Assembly: GCA_963793305.1 (NCBI GenBank)
Contig: CAWBZV010000003.1
Location: forward strand, 800,001-864,000
Origin: an uncultured Gemmatimonadales bacterium
Lineage (GTDB): Bacteria > Gemmatimonadota > Gemmatimonadetes > Gemmatimonadales > Gemmatimonadaceae
Reading direction: 5' to 3'
Length of the DNA: 64,000 nucleotides
In this document: piece by piece, positions 26,096-36,589 of the stretch
Numbering within the stretch: position 1 is the first letter of the stretch
How the letters are laid out: each line of letters begins with the position of its first letter
The notes under the pieces: model-generated
Database searches by the model: none
Told to the model about the DNA's origin: nothing
What the model saw: only the letters and a program-made list of their open reading frames with translations
Made by a program: the position numbers and the translations under genes

Positions 26096-28445
26096 TCTTT
26101 TAGCCGCGCTCCCGCGGTGGGTTATCGTTGGCGGGAAAGGGGGCGTCGGTAAGACCACGATCGCCATCGCGCTCGCCAAGGCCGCGGCCGGCCGCGTACT
26201 GCTCCTCTCCACCGACCCGGCGCGCGCTCTCGGCCCCGCGCTCGGCGAACCTGTCGGTCCCCACCCGACCAAGCTCCTGAGCATCCCCGGCGTCTTCGCG
26301 CAGCAGCTCGACGCGGCGGTCGAGCGCGACGCGTTTCTCGCACGTTGGCGAGAGACGCTCGTCACGGTGATCGATCGTGGGACATACCTCGATCGCGAGG
26401 ACATCGTCGGTTTCATCGACGCGGTGCTCCCCGGGACCGACGAGGCCATGGCACTGTTGTCGCTCGCCGATCTCGCTGCGTCGAGCGAGTGGGACCGTGT
26501 CATCATCGACACGGCTCCGACAGGCCACACGCTACGGCTATTCGCGCTGCCACAAACGTTCGGCCTCGTTGTCGATCTCTTGGAGCTCATGCAGGAGAAG
26601 CACCGGTTCATGGTACGCGCGCTCACGCATCGCTATCGCGCCGACGCGGTCGACGCGATGCTCGCCGAGCTTCGACACCGCGTCGATGCGCTTCGGGCAT
26701 TGCTTACCGATCCGGGTTCGACTCGCCTGGTGCTCGTCGCCCGCGCCGAGCCCATGGTCGTCGCCGAGACCGAGCGCTACGCCGCCGCCTTGCCCGGGCT
26801 CGGCCTCACGGCCGGTGCGCTCATCGTCAACGCCGTCTCCGACGACTCTGATCCGAATGCGCTCGCTTCGCTCGCGTCACTACTCCCCGGTATCCCGCAC
26901 CTCTCGCTCGCGCGATGGCGCACGTCACGCAAACGGCCCGAGTCACGCGAACGGCCAGATTCACGAGCCGCGCAGCGGACGTGGGCCGAACGTTCTGAAG
27001 AGCTACGACGTTCGGGGGAGCCACGACGTCCGGAGGAGCCACGACGTCCGGAGGAGCCACGACGTCCGGAGGAGCCACGACGCCCAACAGAGTCAGGACG
27101 CGCAACAGAGTCAGGACGCGCAACAGAGTCAGGACGCGCAACAGAGTCAGGACGCGCAACAGAGTCAGGACGCGCAACAGAGTCAGGACGCGCAACAGAG
27201 TCAGGACGCGCAACAGAGTCAGGACGCGCAACAGAGTCAGGACGCGCAACAGAGTCAGGACGCGCAACAGAGTCAGGACGCGCAACAGAGTCAGGACGCG
27301 CAACAGAGTCAGGACGCCCCACAGAGTCCGGAGGCCCAACAGAGTCCGGACGCCCCACAGAGTCCGGAGGCCCAACAGAGTCCGGAGGCCCAGCAGAGGC
27401 ACGACGCCCGGCGGAGCCACGCCCAGCAGAGGCACGACGCCCGGCGGAGCCACGTCCGACAGAGTCACGCCCGACAGAGTCACGCCCAAAAGAGCCTCGA
27501 CACCTGGTGCAAGGCGACGAGGCGCGAAGCGCCGAGGAGGAGGACCCAGCGTGGCTCCGCCGGCGCCTGCACAGCGATGCGGCGCGAACCGCCGAGGATG
27601 CCCTCCGGCCGCTGACGATCGTGGGTGGCAAGGGCGGTGTCGGCAAGACGACCGTGGCGTGCGCGCTGGCGATCGAGGCGGCGAGAGACGAGCAGTTGGT
27701 GCTCGTGGTCTCGACCGATCCCGCGCCGTCGATTGCCGATGCGCTGGGGCTGGAGGTCGGCGACGAGACCGTCGCGATCACGCCCGGACTCTGGGCGCGG
27801 CAGGCCAATGCGACCGCGGCGTTCGCCGAGATGCAGAAGGCCTATCGGCAGCGGGTCGACGCCCTGTTCGACCGGCTCATCGGCGCAGGGTTCGATGCCG
27901 TCCACGACCGGAAGATCCTGCAGGATCTCCTCGCGCTCGCGCCGCCGGGGATCGATGAGCTCTACGCCCTGGCGACGATCGGCGAAACGCTGGCCGCGGG
28001 GCAATTCGACACCATCATTGTCGACCCCGCCCCGACCGGCCATCTGCTGCGACTGTTGGAGACGCCAGCGTTGGCGCTCGACTGGAGCCACCGCATCATG
28101 CGCCTGGCGCTGAAATACAAGGAGATCGCCTCCTTCACCGAGACGATGGGCGATATCCTGACGTTCGCGCAACGCACCCGCGCGGTGCGCGATCTCCTGG
28201 CGGATCCGGCCCGCTCGACGGTGATTCTGGTGACGCTGGATGAACCGCTGGTACGGTCGGAGACGGAGCGCCTGACGGTGGCGGTCGCCACGCTGGGGCT
28301 CACCGTGGGCGCTGTCATATGGAACCGAAGCAACCTGCCACTGTCGGCAGGCGGCGCCGTCCCGCAGTTTGCGGCACCAGAGGAGTCGCCGTCGCCACGC
28401 GGGCTGGAGGCGCTCCGGCAGTGGTACCGTCAGTGGAGAGGCTAG
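26061..28445 (+). CDS. Tandem two-domain ArsA/Get3 family ATPase with repetitive linker
   Basis: Two copies of GKGGVGKTT, STDPA, PG(T/I)DE and D(T/P)APTGH; likely start GTG 26061. Confidence 0.9.
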   Translation: MTSESGASDSADLLAALPRWVIVGGKGGVGKTTIAIALAKAAAGRVLLLSTDPARALGPALGEPVGPHPTKLLSIPGVFAQQLDAAVERDAFLARWRETLVTVIDRGTYLDREDIVGFIDAVLPGTDEAMALLSLADLAASSEWDRVIIDTAPTGHTLRLFALPQTFGLVVDLLELMQEKHRFMVRALTHRYRADAVDAMLAELRHRVDALRALLTDPGSTRLVLVARAEPMVVAETERYAAALPGLGLTAGALIVNAVSDDSDPNALASLASLLPGIPHLSLARWRTSRKRPESRERPDSRAAQRTWAERSEELRRSGEPRRPEEPRRPEEPRRPEEPRRPTESGRATESGRATESGRATESGRATESGRATESGRATESGRATESGRATESGRATESGRATESGRATESGRATESGRPTESGGPTESGRPTESGGPTESGGPAEARRPAEPRPAEARRPAEPRPTESRPTESRPKEPRHLVQGDEARSAEEEDPAWLRRRLHSDAARTAEDALRPLTIVGGKGGVGKTTVACALAIEAARDEQLVLVVSTDPAPSIADALGLEVGDETVAITPGLWARQANATAAFAEMQKAYRQRVDALFDRLIGAGFDAVHDRKILQDLLALAPPGIDELYALATIGETLAAGQFDTIIVDPAPTGHLLRLLETPALALDWSHRIMRLALKYKEIASFTETMGDILTFAQRTRAVRDLLADPARSTVILVTLDEPLVRSETERLTVAVATLGLTVGAVIWNRSNLPLSAGGAVPQFAAPEESPSPRGLEALRQWYRQWRG
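26990..27500 (+). repeat. In-frame 18-bp VNTR
   Basis: CAACAGAGTCAGGACGCG x12 perfect (27085-27300) plus a near-perfect 13th copy and degenerate flanking units; encodes (ATESGR)n and RPEEPR. Confidence 0.95.
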
Positions 28446-28452
28446 CGCCCTA

Positions 28453-29184
28453 GTGTATTACGTGTACGGCATTGTTCCGGAGACACTCACGAATCCACCG
28501 ACGGGACTCGATGGAGCGCCGGTAACGCTCGTACCAGTCGGAGACCTCTCGGCGCTCGTCTCGGATGCCGACTACGATCCCGCGACCGTCGAGGCGCGGC
28601 TCGCGGATCTCGACTGGCTGTCGCCACGAGCCGTGGCGCATGACTCAGTCGTGAGCTGGGCGAGCGACAAAGGGGGCGTGATCCCGTTCCCGATGTGGGT
28701 GCTCTTTGGCGACACGCCAGCGCTCGAGCGCGGCTTGGCCCCACGGCTGGCCGAGTTCCACCGCGAGCTCGCCCGCGTGACGCCGGGCCGCGAGTACTCG
28801 GTACGCGTGTTCGCGTTGAAGGAAAAATTGGCCGCGCTGAGCCCCGCGGTCGCGCAACTGGAGTCGGAGATCGAGAAAGCGACGCCGGGCCAGCGCTATC
28901 TGCTGGAGCGGAAGCTCGAGGGTGTGCGCCAGACGGAAGCGCGCGAGGTCAGCGCCTCGGTGTCCAACTCGATTCACGAGGAGCTCTCCAAGCTCGCACT
29001 CGCCGCCACGACCGAGCCAGCGCCCAAGTCCGCGGCGATCCTCAACGCCGCGTACTTGGTGAGCCGGGACACCCCGGAGCCCTTCCAGGCAAGGCTTACC
29101 GATCTCATCCACAAGTTCGAGCCGTTGGGATTCCGGTTCGAGTTCACCGGCCCCTGGCCACCGTACCACTTTGTCGGCCGCTGA
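28453..29184 (+). CDS. gvpL: GvpL/GvpF family gas vesicle protein
   Basis: YVYGIV, AVAHDSVV, LNAAYLV, FTGPWPPYHFV; likely start GTG 28453. Confidence 0.85.
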   Translation: MYYVYGIVPETLTNPPTGLDGAPVTLVPVGDLSALVSDADYDPATVEARLADLDWLSPRAVAHDSVVSWASDKGGVIPFPMWVLFGDTPALERGLAPRLAEFHRELARVTPGREYSVRVFALKEKLAALSPAVAQLESEIEKATPGQRYLLERKLEGVRQTEAREVSASVSNSIHEELSKLALAATTEPAPKSAAILNAAYLVSRDTPEPFQARLTDLIHKFEPLGFRFEFTGPWPPYHFVGR

Positions 29185-29380
29185 CGAGCCGCTGGTCCTG
29201 AGTGATCTCATCAGTCGCGTGCTCGACAAGGGCGTCGTGCTGAGCGGCGACGTCGTCATCTCGATCGCGGATATCGACCTCATCAAGCTCGAGCTCCACG
29301 TACTTCTTTCGGCTGTCGAGACTACTCTCCGTCGTGAGTCCCACGTACCTGTACTGCCTGACCACGCCCGCGGCGCCTGA
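29171..29380 (+). CDS. GvpA-family minor protein (GvpS/GvpM-like)
   Basis: LSDLISRVLDKGVVLSGDVVISIADIDLI. Confidence 0.85.
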   Translation: MSAADEPLVLSDLISRVLDKGVVLSGDVVISIADIDLIKLELHVLLSAVETTLRRESHVPVLPDHARGA

Positions 29381-29952
29381 CCCGCCGGCCGGCACCGTAG
29401 GACTCGACGGCGGCGCGGTACGGAGGCTCGGCGACGCATGGGTCAGCGACGTCCCGTCGCGGTCCGTAAAGGCGACCGTCGACCGCATTCGCGCACACGA
29501 TGCCGTCGTCTCCGCTGCCCTCGGCACCGGGTCCACACCGGTACCCGCGCGCTTCGGTCAGACCTTTGCCGATGACACCGAGTGTGTGGCGGCGATCTCG
29601 GCCAAAAAAGACACCATGAGCGCGGGTCTTGCTCGGGTCGCCGGCATGGTCGAGATGACGGTGCTGTTTCGGGTCGAGACCACGCTCGACTCCTCGTCAG
29701 GTACGGCTTACTTGCAGTCGCTCGCCCGGCGAGATCACACGCTCGACGAATTGCGTCGTCTCAACGGGCGTTTCGCCGATGTCGTGCGGGAGTCGACCGA
29801 ACGTGCGGACGAGGGCACGGTTACGCTCTCCCATCTCGTCGATCGCGGGTCGATTGACCGATATCTGGAGAGGGTTAGAACCGTCACATCCGGGATGGAC
29901 GTTCCGGATCCTAGGTCCCGGAGCCCCGTACTCGTTCGGCCCGCCAGTATGA
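29334..29952 (+). CDS. Third GvpL/GvpF family protein, frameshifted near 29904
   Basis: YLYCL, AHDAVV, PARFG; expected C-terminal GPGAPYSF lies in a shifted frame ending at TGA 29950-29952. Confidence 0.75.
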
Positions 29953-30260
29953 CCGAGGATCTGGACCTCGACCTGAGACGAATCGCCCGAACGCTGCCCG
30001 AGCGTATCGAGGCCGACGCCGAGCACGCCGAGGCAGGTCTCGCCCGTCTCGCCTTGACCGTGATCGAGTTACTCCGTAAGGTCCTTGAACACCAGGCGGT
30101 ACGCCGGATGGACGGCGGGACGCTGTCAGCCGAGGAGATCGAACGCCTCGGACTCGCGTTGCTCAAGTTGAACGACCGGATGCAGGAGCTGAAGACGACA
30201 TTCGGCCTCTCCAACGAGGATTTGGAGATCGACTTGGGACCCCTGGGTCGCCTGAGATGA
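29949..30260 (+). CDS. gvpK: Gas vesicle protein GvpK
   Basis: GLARLALTVIELLRKVLEHQAVRRMD..ERLG..DLGPLG; ATGA overlap with the previous gene. Confidence 0.9.
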   Translation: MTEDLDLDLRRIARTLPERIEADAEHAEAGLARLALTVIELLRKVLEHQAVRRMDGGTLSAEEIERLGLALLKLNDRMQELKTTFGLSNEDLEIDLGPLGRLR

Positions 30261-30276
30261 GGATGGGATAAACCAC

Positions 30277-30585
30277 GTGTCAGAACTCGTTTCGCCGACG
30301 CGAAGCCACGGGCTGGTCGAGATCCTCGACCGGGTGCTGGACAAGGGCCTGGTCATCGCGGGCGACATCAAGGTCAACCTCGCGAACGTCGAGCTGCTGA
30401 CGATCCAGATCCGGCTCTTGGTCTGCTCGATCGACAAGGCCGAGCAGATCGGCTTGAACTGGTGGCGTCACGACCCCCGGCTGACCGCCGGCGGGCAAGG
30501 GGCGTCTATATCCGGTACAGAGCTGTCCGATCGACTGGCACGAATCGAGCAGCAGCTCATCAAACTCTCGCAACCGAGGACGTAA
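30277..30585 (+). CDS. gvpJ: Gas vesicle protein GvpJ-like
   Basis: [33 protein letters not shown]. Confidence 0.82.
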   Translation: MSELVSPTRSHGLVEILDRVLDKGLVIAGDIKVNLANVELLTIQIRLLVCSIDKAEQIGLNWWRHDPRLTAGGQGASISGTELSDRLARIEQQLIKLSQPRT

Positions 30586-30589
30586 CTCG

Positions 30590-30901
30590 ATGGCCGTCGA
30601 ACGCTCCCCAAGTGGCAGCTCTCTCATCGACGTCCTGGATCGGGTCCTGGACAAAGGCATCGTCATTGACGCCTGGGTGCGAGTCTCGCTGGTCGGCATC
30701 GACCTGGTGACGGTCGAAGCCCGCATCGTGGTCGCGTCGATTGATACATACCTGAAGTATTCCGAGGCGGTGGGGATTACGTCTCCGGTCTCGCGGCCCC
30801 GAGAGGCGCTGGCGTCCGCGGACACGGGGGAGTTGGAGCGCATGCGGGTTGAAAACGCCGACCTCCGACGGCGCCTCGAGCACCACACTCGCGGTAGCTG
30901 A
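30590..30901 (+). CDS. gvpA: Gas vesicle structural protein GvpA with C-terminal extension
   Basis: [53 protein letters not shown]. Confidence 0.93.
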   Translation: MAVERSPSGSSLIDVLDRVLDKGIVIDAWVRVSLVGIDLVTVEARIVVASIDTYLKYSEAVGITSPVSRPREALASADTGELERMRVENADLRRRLEHHTRGS

Positions 30902-30916
30902 TCCGAGACCACCGGT

Positions 30917-33193
30917 GTGAGCGCCGCGCAGCTGCTCATAGGACGCGACGGGGTCGACCAGGCCGACGCGCCCGCGTTGTTGGAGTTTCTGGCGACGCTC
31001 ACCGAGGCGCCGGATTGCCCTACGGCGTCGGCCTATCTGCTGGCGCGCCTCACCGTGCGGCGCGCGGTGCTGATGCTCGTCGACCCGGTGCGCGACATCT
31101 TGAGCGTCTACTCCAGCATTGGCGTCCCGGTCGATGAGCTGGGGGACGAGGGCCTCTCCCTGGGCGACGAGCGGCATCCGCTGGTCGTGTCGGCGATGAC
31201 CATGACCACCGTCAGCGGGTCGTCGGTCCATTTCGGGCTGCCGTTCGCCGAGTGGGTGGCGTTCCCGATGCCGCAGCCGACGTTCCGCGGCGCTCCCGTG
31301 CCGATCGCCGGGCATCATGCCACCCAGCTCGTCGCCGGGGTCGGCGGCCAGGTCACGCCCGCCTCCTTGCGACCGGGCCAGGCGCCGCTCGGCGTCGTCG
31401 TCATCGAGGGGGTGCCGGCGCCGCAACGCTTGGCGTTTCTGTCTCGACTCGTGGCGCTCGCCGGGCCCGTGATCGCGCGGTTCGAGGCGCTCGGCGTGAG
31501 CGACGAGCAGGCCGAGCGGCTTCGGCAGCAGCGGGACCGGCTTCGCATGATGATCGATGCGTTGCCCGATCCGATCGTCATTACTGACGCCGCGAATGAC
31601 ATCGTCGTGCAAAACGCGCGGGCCGAGCAACTGCTGTCCTCGCGCGAAGGGGACTCTCAGGGTCGCCGTCGGGCGGTCGAAATAAATAATCTGCTCTTCA
31701 CGTCGTATTTGTCGAAGGCGATGATGACGGGCGCCATCGACAAGCAGAGCGGCCCTCGCGAACTCAACCTCGTCGATCCCACGGAAGGCGCAGACATCCT
31801 GTTCGAAGTCCTCGCGCATCCCCTTCGCGATGATGTGGATCGCAAAGGTGCGTTTCTCTCGGTGCTGCGCAATGTCACTGATCTCCGGCGCGCGGTCAAT
31901 GAGCTCGAACGCCACATGCAGCGCGTCAGGCTCGCGGAGATCGATGCGACGCGCGAGCGGGATCGGCTCAATCTCATCCTCGAGAACGTCGCCGACCCGA
32001 TCCTGGTCACGGACGACCGGTCGAACATCATCCTGATGAACGAGCAGGCCGAGCGCTTGTTCGAGGCGCCACCTCCCACGGCGGTGACGACGGTGCGTGG
32101 CCGGCGCGTGCAGGCCCAGGCCGTGCGCGGCAACGACATGAAGTTCACGAGTTTCATCTCCGATTTCGCGATGGCGACCGCGACCGCGCGCCGGGCGGAG
32201 ATGACGCTGACGCGGCCGGATACCGGGGACGCGCTGCCGATGGAGGTCGTGTCCGGAAAGATCCGGAACGAGCGCGATGAGGCGATCGCGATCGTGTCCG
32301 TGCTGCACGATCTCACCAAGCAGTACGAGAACGCGCGACTGTACGAGGAGTTGAAGCGGTCGAGCGAAGGCCTCGAGGCCAGAATTCGCGCGGCGACCGC
32401 GGATCTGGCCGAGCAGAACGCGAAGCTCCAGTGGCAGACGCAGGAAGTGGAGCGGGCGAACACGCTCAAGTCCGAGTTCCTCGCCAGCATGTCGCACGAG
32501 CTCCGAACCCCGATCAATGCCGTGCTCGGGCACACGGCGAACATGATCGAGGGCATCTACGGCGGCGTCTCCGACGATCAGTTGGAGATGCTCAAGCGCA
32601 TCCGCTCGGCCGCGAACCATCTGCTGGCGTTGATCAACGATATCCTGGATCTGGCCCGGATCGAAGCCGGGAAGATGCCGTTGCGCATCGAATACGTGCA
32701 CGTCAAGAGCATCGTGACCGAGATCTCGCAGCAGATCGAGCCGCTGGTGCGCCGCAAGGGGCTCGACTACGTGATCGAGGTCCCGCCCGACTGCCCGCCG
32801 TTGCGCACGGATCGCACCAAGGTCAAGCAGGTGTTGCTCAACCTGCTGTCGAACGCGATCAAGTTCACGCCGCGCGGGAGGATTACGCTACGCGCCGAGT
32901 GCGACGCGGATTCCGTGAAGCTCAGGGTGACCGACACGGGCATCGGCATCAAGACGAAAGACCTGAGTGTGATCTGGGAAGATTTCCGCCAAGTGGATCA
33001 GACGTTGATCCGCGAGTACGGCGGCACGGGCCTAGGCCTCAGCATCACGCGCAAGCTGCTGGAGCGGCTGGGCGGGCGGGCCGAGGTCGCGAGTGAGTAC
33101 GGGAAGGGGACGACGTTTACGGTGACGCTGCCGTGGCGCGTGGAAGAAGAGGCCCACGCCATCACGCCCGCGGATCAAGCGGCGCTGCCGTAG
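30917..33193 (+). CDS. Cytoplasmic PAS-domain sensor histidine kinase
   Basis: Two PAS starts (IDALPDPIVITD, LENVADPILVTD), MSHELRTP, NLLSNAIKFT, DTGIGI, GTGLGL. Confidence 0.92.
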   Translation: MSAAQLLIGRDGVDQADAPALLEFLATLTEAPDCPTASAYLLARLTVRRAVLMLVDPVRDILSVYSSIGVPVDELGDEGLSLGDERHPLVVSAMTMTTVSGSSVHFGLPFAEWVAFPMPQPTFRGAPVPIAGHHATQLVAGVGGQVTPASLRPGQAPLGVVVIEGVPAPQRLAFLSRLVALAGPVIARFEALGVSDEQAERLRQQRDRLRMMIDALPDPIVITDAANDIVVQNARAEQLLSSREGDSQGRRRAVEINNLLFTSYLSKAMMTGAIDKQSGPRELNLVDPTEGADILFEVLAHPLRDDVDRKGAFLSVLRNVTDLRRAVNELERHMQRVRLAEIDATRERDRLNLILENVADPILVTDDRSNIILMNEQAERLFEAPPPTAVTTVRGRRVQAQAVRGNDMKFTSFISDFAMATATARRAEMTLTRPDTGDALPMEVVSGKIRNERDEAIAIVSVLHDLTKQYENARLYEELKRSSEGLEARIRAATADLAEQNAKLQWQTQEVERANTLKSEFLASMSHELRTPINAVLGHTANMIEGIYGGVSDDQLEMLKRIRSAANHLLALINDILDLARIEAGKMPLRIEYVHVKSIVTEISQQIEPLVRRKGLDYVIEVPPDCPPLRTDRTKVKQVLLNLLSNAIKFTPRGRITLRAECDADSVKLRVTDTGIGIKTKDLSVIWEDFRQVDQTLIREYGGTGLGLSITRKLLERLGGRAEVASEYGKGTTFTVTLPWRVEEEAHAITPADQAALP

Positions 33194-33199
33194 GCTCTC

Positions 33200-33517
33200 T
33201 TAGTCCGCGCGGCCGCGGACCTCGCTCGCCCACTGCACGACCTGCTCGAGGAGCGCGCGCGCGCCCTCGCCGTCACCGCGCATCGCACCCGTTCGCGCCA
33301 TCGTTTCGGCGACCTCGCGCTTGATCTCGGTGACGACGCGCTCGGTGGGTTCGCCTTGCTCGCGCAGATGCGTCGCTTGCTCGCGAACCGCATCGCGGAG
33401 CTCATTGCGCGCGTTCGGGTCTGACGCGTCGGCGAGTCGCACGGCGATCTCCAAACGCTGCAGTGCGCCCGACGAGAGCCGTTTCCGGCGTGGCGCTGGC
33501 GAATCCGCGTTGATCAT
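33200..33517 (-). CDS. Hypothetical protein
   Basis: 105 aa helical ORF filling the gap between genes. Confidence 0.5.
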   Translation of the reverse strand: MINADSPAPRRKRLSSGALQRLEIAVRLADASDPNARNELRDAVREQATHLREQGEPTERVVTEIKREVAETMARTGAMRGDGEGARALLEQVVQWASEVRGRAD

Positions 33518-33559
33518 TCAGGGACGATCACTGGATCGCCCCTAAATGTCAACACGGTG

Positions 33560-34450
33560 TTACTGCCCGCGCGCGTACCCCATGAACTTCGCGCGCACCG
33601 GCCCGGTGCGCTGGCTGTTGACGAGTTCGTGATCAAACTCGCCATACGCTTGGCTCGCCACACGCACGGTCACGTTGTCGCCGACCTGCCACGCGGCCGT
33701 CTCGGTCTGATCCGCGGGATAAATATCCCACACACTGCCGTCATCGATTTGGACATAGCGGCTACCGGACCGAATACCCGTGACCGTATGCGCATTCGCG
33801 GGCACCGACGAGCGTGTGTTCGCCGCCGCGGTCGCCGCTGGTGCTGGAGCCGCGGGCACGAATTGCGACGTCGACGCACGCTGCTGCTGCGCGGCGCGCG
33901 TGGTGCTGTCGATGAGCGCGGCGCGATAACGCTCCAACCACATCTCCAGTGCTTGCACTTCTTGCGGCTTGAGCGTCGTGAGTCCCGTCGACGTGTATTC
34001 GTGGAGACTCATGAGCTCATCGAGATGCACACCGCTGCTATTGCCGGCGTTCGCCGACGCAGCTGGTATCGTGTCATACGTGCCCGCCGCCGCAACGGCT
34101 GGTGCGGCAGCTGGTGGGCCGACCGGCGCTGGGCGGTCGCCCATATAGACGCCGTTCGCTGGCGGAGGCGGCGCGTCGCTGGAGTAGTGGCTGCTGCCGC
34201 GGATCGTCGGCAACGTCGTGACTTGCGGCTGCGTAGCCGCTGTTGGCGCGGCGGGCGTGATGCCGGGCGCTGGCTGAGCAGTCACTGAGGGGGCGGGCGC
34301 TGAGGGAGCGGTGCTGTTACTCGCTCGACTTCTTGGCGACGAGTACACGATGCCCCAACCGTGTTTCGTCGTGTCCTGCTGTTGCTGCTGCGCGTGCGCG
34401 ACGGAAGCAAGCAGACAGAGTCCGAGTGCACCAATGCCGCGGTACCACAT
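33560..34450 (-). CDS. Secreted hypothetical protein with Pro/Ala-rich linkers
   Basis: Signal peptide MWYRGIGALGLCLLASVAHA; low-complexity linkers; small beta-rich C-terminal domain. Confidence 0.7.
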   Translation of the reverse strand: MWYRGIGALGLCLLASVAHAQQQQQDTTKHGWGIVYSSPRSRASNSTAPSAPAPSVTAQPAPGITPAAPTAATQPQVTTLPTIRGSSHYSSDAPPPPANGVYMGDRPAPVGPPAAAPAVAAAGTYDTIPAASANAGNSSGVHLDELMSLHEYTSTGLTTLKPQEVQALEMWLERYRAALIDSTTRAAQQQRASTSQFVPAAPAPAATAAANTRSSVPANAHTVTGIRSGSRYVQIDDGSVWDIYPADQTETAAWQVGDNVTVRVASQAYGEFDHELVNSQRTGPVRAKFMGYARGQ

Positions 34451-34590
34451 GGGACAGCTCCTGACGGTGTTCGTGTTAGTTGTCTCAGCACTTGCAAGTG
34501 TAGGACCGCCGCGTAACACGCATGCGACGGCCACCAAGAGCGAACTCGGCTACGCTCTTGTCCTACCCCAGATACACTCGCGTGTCCCCG

Positions 34591-36112
34591 TTACTGAGCG
34601 GGCAGCCTGAATTCCGCGGTCTGCTCGGTGCGGCGGCCCCGGCGGTCGGTCACGGTCACCGTCAGCGAGTAGGATCCGCGCGGCAGGCGCGGGAGCTGAT
34701 GATGCGTGCGGGTCGCGTTGGACCCCGCGCGGTCGTCGTATGCCTCGGTCGTCTCGTGCGTTGCGCCGAGGAGCTTTTGCAACCCGGATTCCTGTCTCGT
34801 CGCCGTTATCACGGTGTGATAGTGCGAGGCGCTCTTGAGGCCGCAGACACCGTACGCAATCATGGGCCCCGCATCCTCGTGCGAGTTAATCGAGTCGAGC
34901 ACGACGTGGAATTCGGTTACCCCGCCGCCAGCGTCACAGAACGTCTCTTTGGGCGCAACAGGCGCGGGCTTCGCCACGGGCTTGGGCTTCGGCTTGAGCG
35001 TAGCGGGCGCCAAAATCGGGGGCAACGCGGGGGTTGGCGCGGGCGCCGGGTCCGGCACGAGCGCAGTCACGGCCGCCAGTGTCACAACCGGAGCCGGTGG
35101 CGGCGGCAGCTTCGCCCGCCAGGTCGCATACATAGCAGCCGCAGCGGCGGTCGCGGCGAGCGCCAGGCCGCCCACAATCGCGCCCCACGGCGTACGGCGG
35201 CGACGCGGCGGCAATGCCGGAACTTCGAAGCGGGGAGTATCGACGCGAACTGGCTCAGGAGGAAGCTCGCCTAAGCCCTCCAATACGCGGAGCAACTCTT
35301 CGCCGTCCTGAAACCGGTCACTGGGTTCCTTCTCCAGCATCCGGCGAACGATCGCAAACAGCGACCGCTCCTCGTCGCTGTAGAGCGTTGGCGTCGGGAT
35401 CGGCGTCGTCACGTGCCCGTAGAGGATCGCAATCCCGTCCTCGCCGTCGAACGGCACTCGCCCAACCAGGCACTGATAGGCGACGACGCCCAGACTGTAC
35501 ACGTCCGCGCGCTGATCGAGCGGTCTGGCTCGCGCCTGCTCCGGGCTCATGTACCGCGGCGAGCCGACGGCCATGCCCGAGTTCGTGAGCGTGCGATGCG
35601 TGCCGACCTTCGCGATCCCGAAATCGGCCAACACCCAGCGGTCGTCGTCCCGCATGATGTTGTCCGGCTTGATATCGCGATGCACGACGCCATTCTTGGC
35701 CGCGTAGGCGAGCGCTCGGGCCGTATCCGTGAGCATCGCTCGGATCTCACCCGGGGCCAGCTTCCCGTTCGGCCGCTCGGCCAGCACCCGGGCGAGCGAT
35801 GGCCCGCGCAGGTACTTCATGACGATGTAGGAGACCCGCTCGCCGGACCGGCCGACCCGATAGATCGGGACGATATTCGGATGTTCCAGGGAGGCCGAAC
35901 GTCCGCGCCTCCCGCTGGAAGCGCTCCACGAAATCCGAGTCGAACGTCATCGCAATCGGCAAAACTTTGATTGCAACGTCCCGTCCCAACGAGCGATCGT
36001 GTGCCAGAAATACGACCGCCATGCCACCACGGCCGATTTCTGACCGCACGTCGTATTCGTCGGCCAGAGCGCTCTTTACAACGTCGAGGTCGGAGAGTTC
36101 GCCTACTATCAC
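34591..36112 (-). CDS. Hanks-type Ser/Thr protein kinase with TM helix, frameshifted near 35899
   Basis: IGRGGMAVV, VAIKVL, then shifted SLEHPNIVPIY, HRDIKPDNI, DFGIAK, YMSPEQ. Confidence 0.9.
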
Positions 36113-36212
36113 GCGATCTTGACGGGCACCATTTCTGGTTAGTCACGAAGGGCGGTCATTGTGACTCCCGTCACACCGAGAGAGCATGCACCGTTCATAA
36201 GTTGGTCACACA

Positions 36213-36494
36213 ATGATCGACCGCTATTTCACCCACGAAGGTGAGCAATGGCGATGCTCCGTCGCCGTCACGCCGGCCGCCCCCGCCGGCCGTCCGCGCA
36301 GCGCCGTGTCGGTCGAAGAGGGCCGCACGCGGCTCTACTTCTGGTCGGCGTCCGGTGAGATGCGGTCGATCCTCTACCCGACCCCCCGGCGCCTCACGGA
36401 AGAGGAGATCCAGGCCGTCCCCGACGACCAGCTCCGCGAGCTGCTCGATGCGCCCGACGTGAAAACCATGGGGCGCCTTCCCATCGCCGGCTAG
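36213..36494 (+). CDS. Hypothetical protein
   Basis: 93 aa ORF with plausible composition. Confidence 0.5.
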   Translation: MIDRYFTHEGEQWRCSVAVTPAAPAGRPRSAVSVEEGRTRLYFWSASGEMRSILYPTPRRLTEEEIQAVPDDQLRELLDAPDVKTMGRLPIAG

Positions 36495-36589
36495 CTCGGC
36501 GCAGCCGAGCGTTTCCAACCGATCAGCTTCGGGGCGACCGCTCCAGCGTTGCCGCGAAGCGTCGCCGGCCCGGCGCAAGAGTTCGCCGG

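Noticed and set aside
27085..27318. 18-bp repeats as a CRISPR array
   Set aside because: Head-to-tail with no spacers, in frame within a CDS, no cas genes
26061..28445. Arsenic resistance ATPase
   Set aside because: Lacks the cysteine set for metalloid binding, no arsB/C/D/R nearby, embedded in a gvp operon
24776..32701. Long antisense ORFs (24776-26626, 26777-27808, 30560-32701) and similar shadows such as 61475-63028
   Set aside because: Shadow frames of well-supported genes, expected in high-GC DNA
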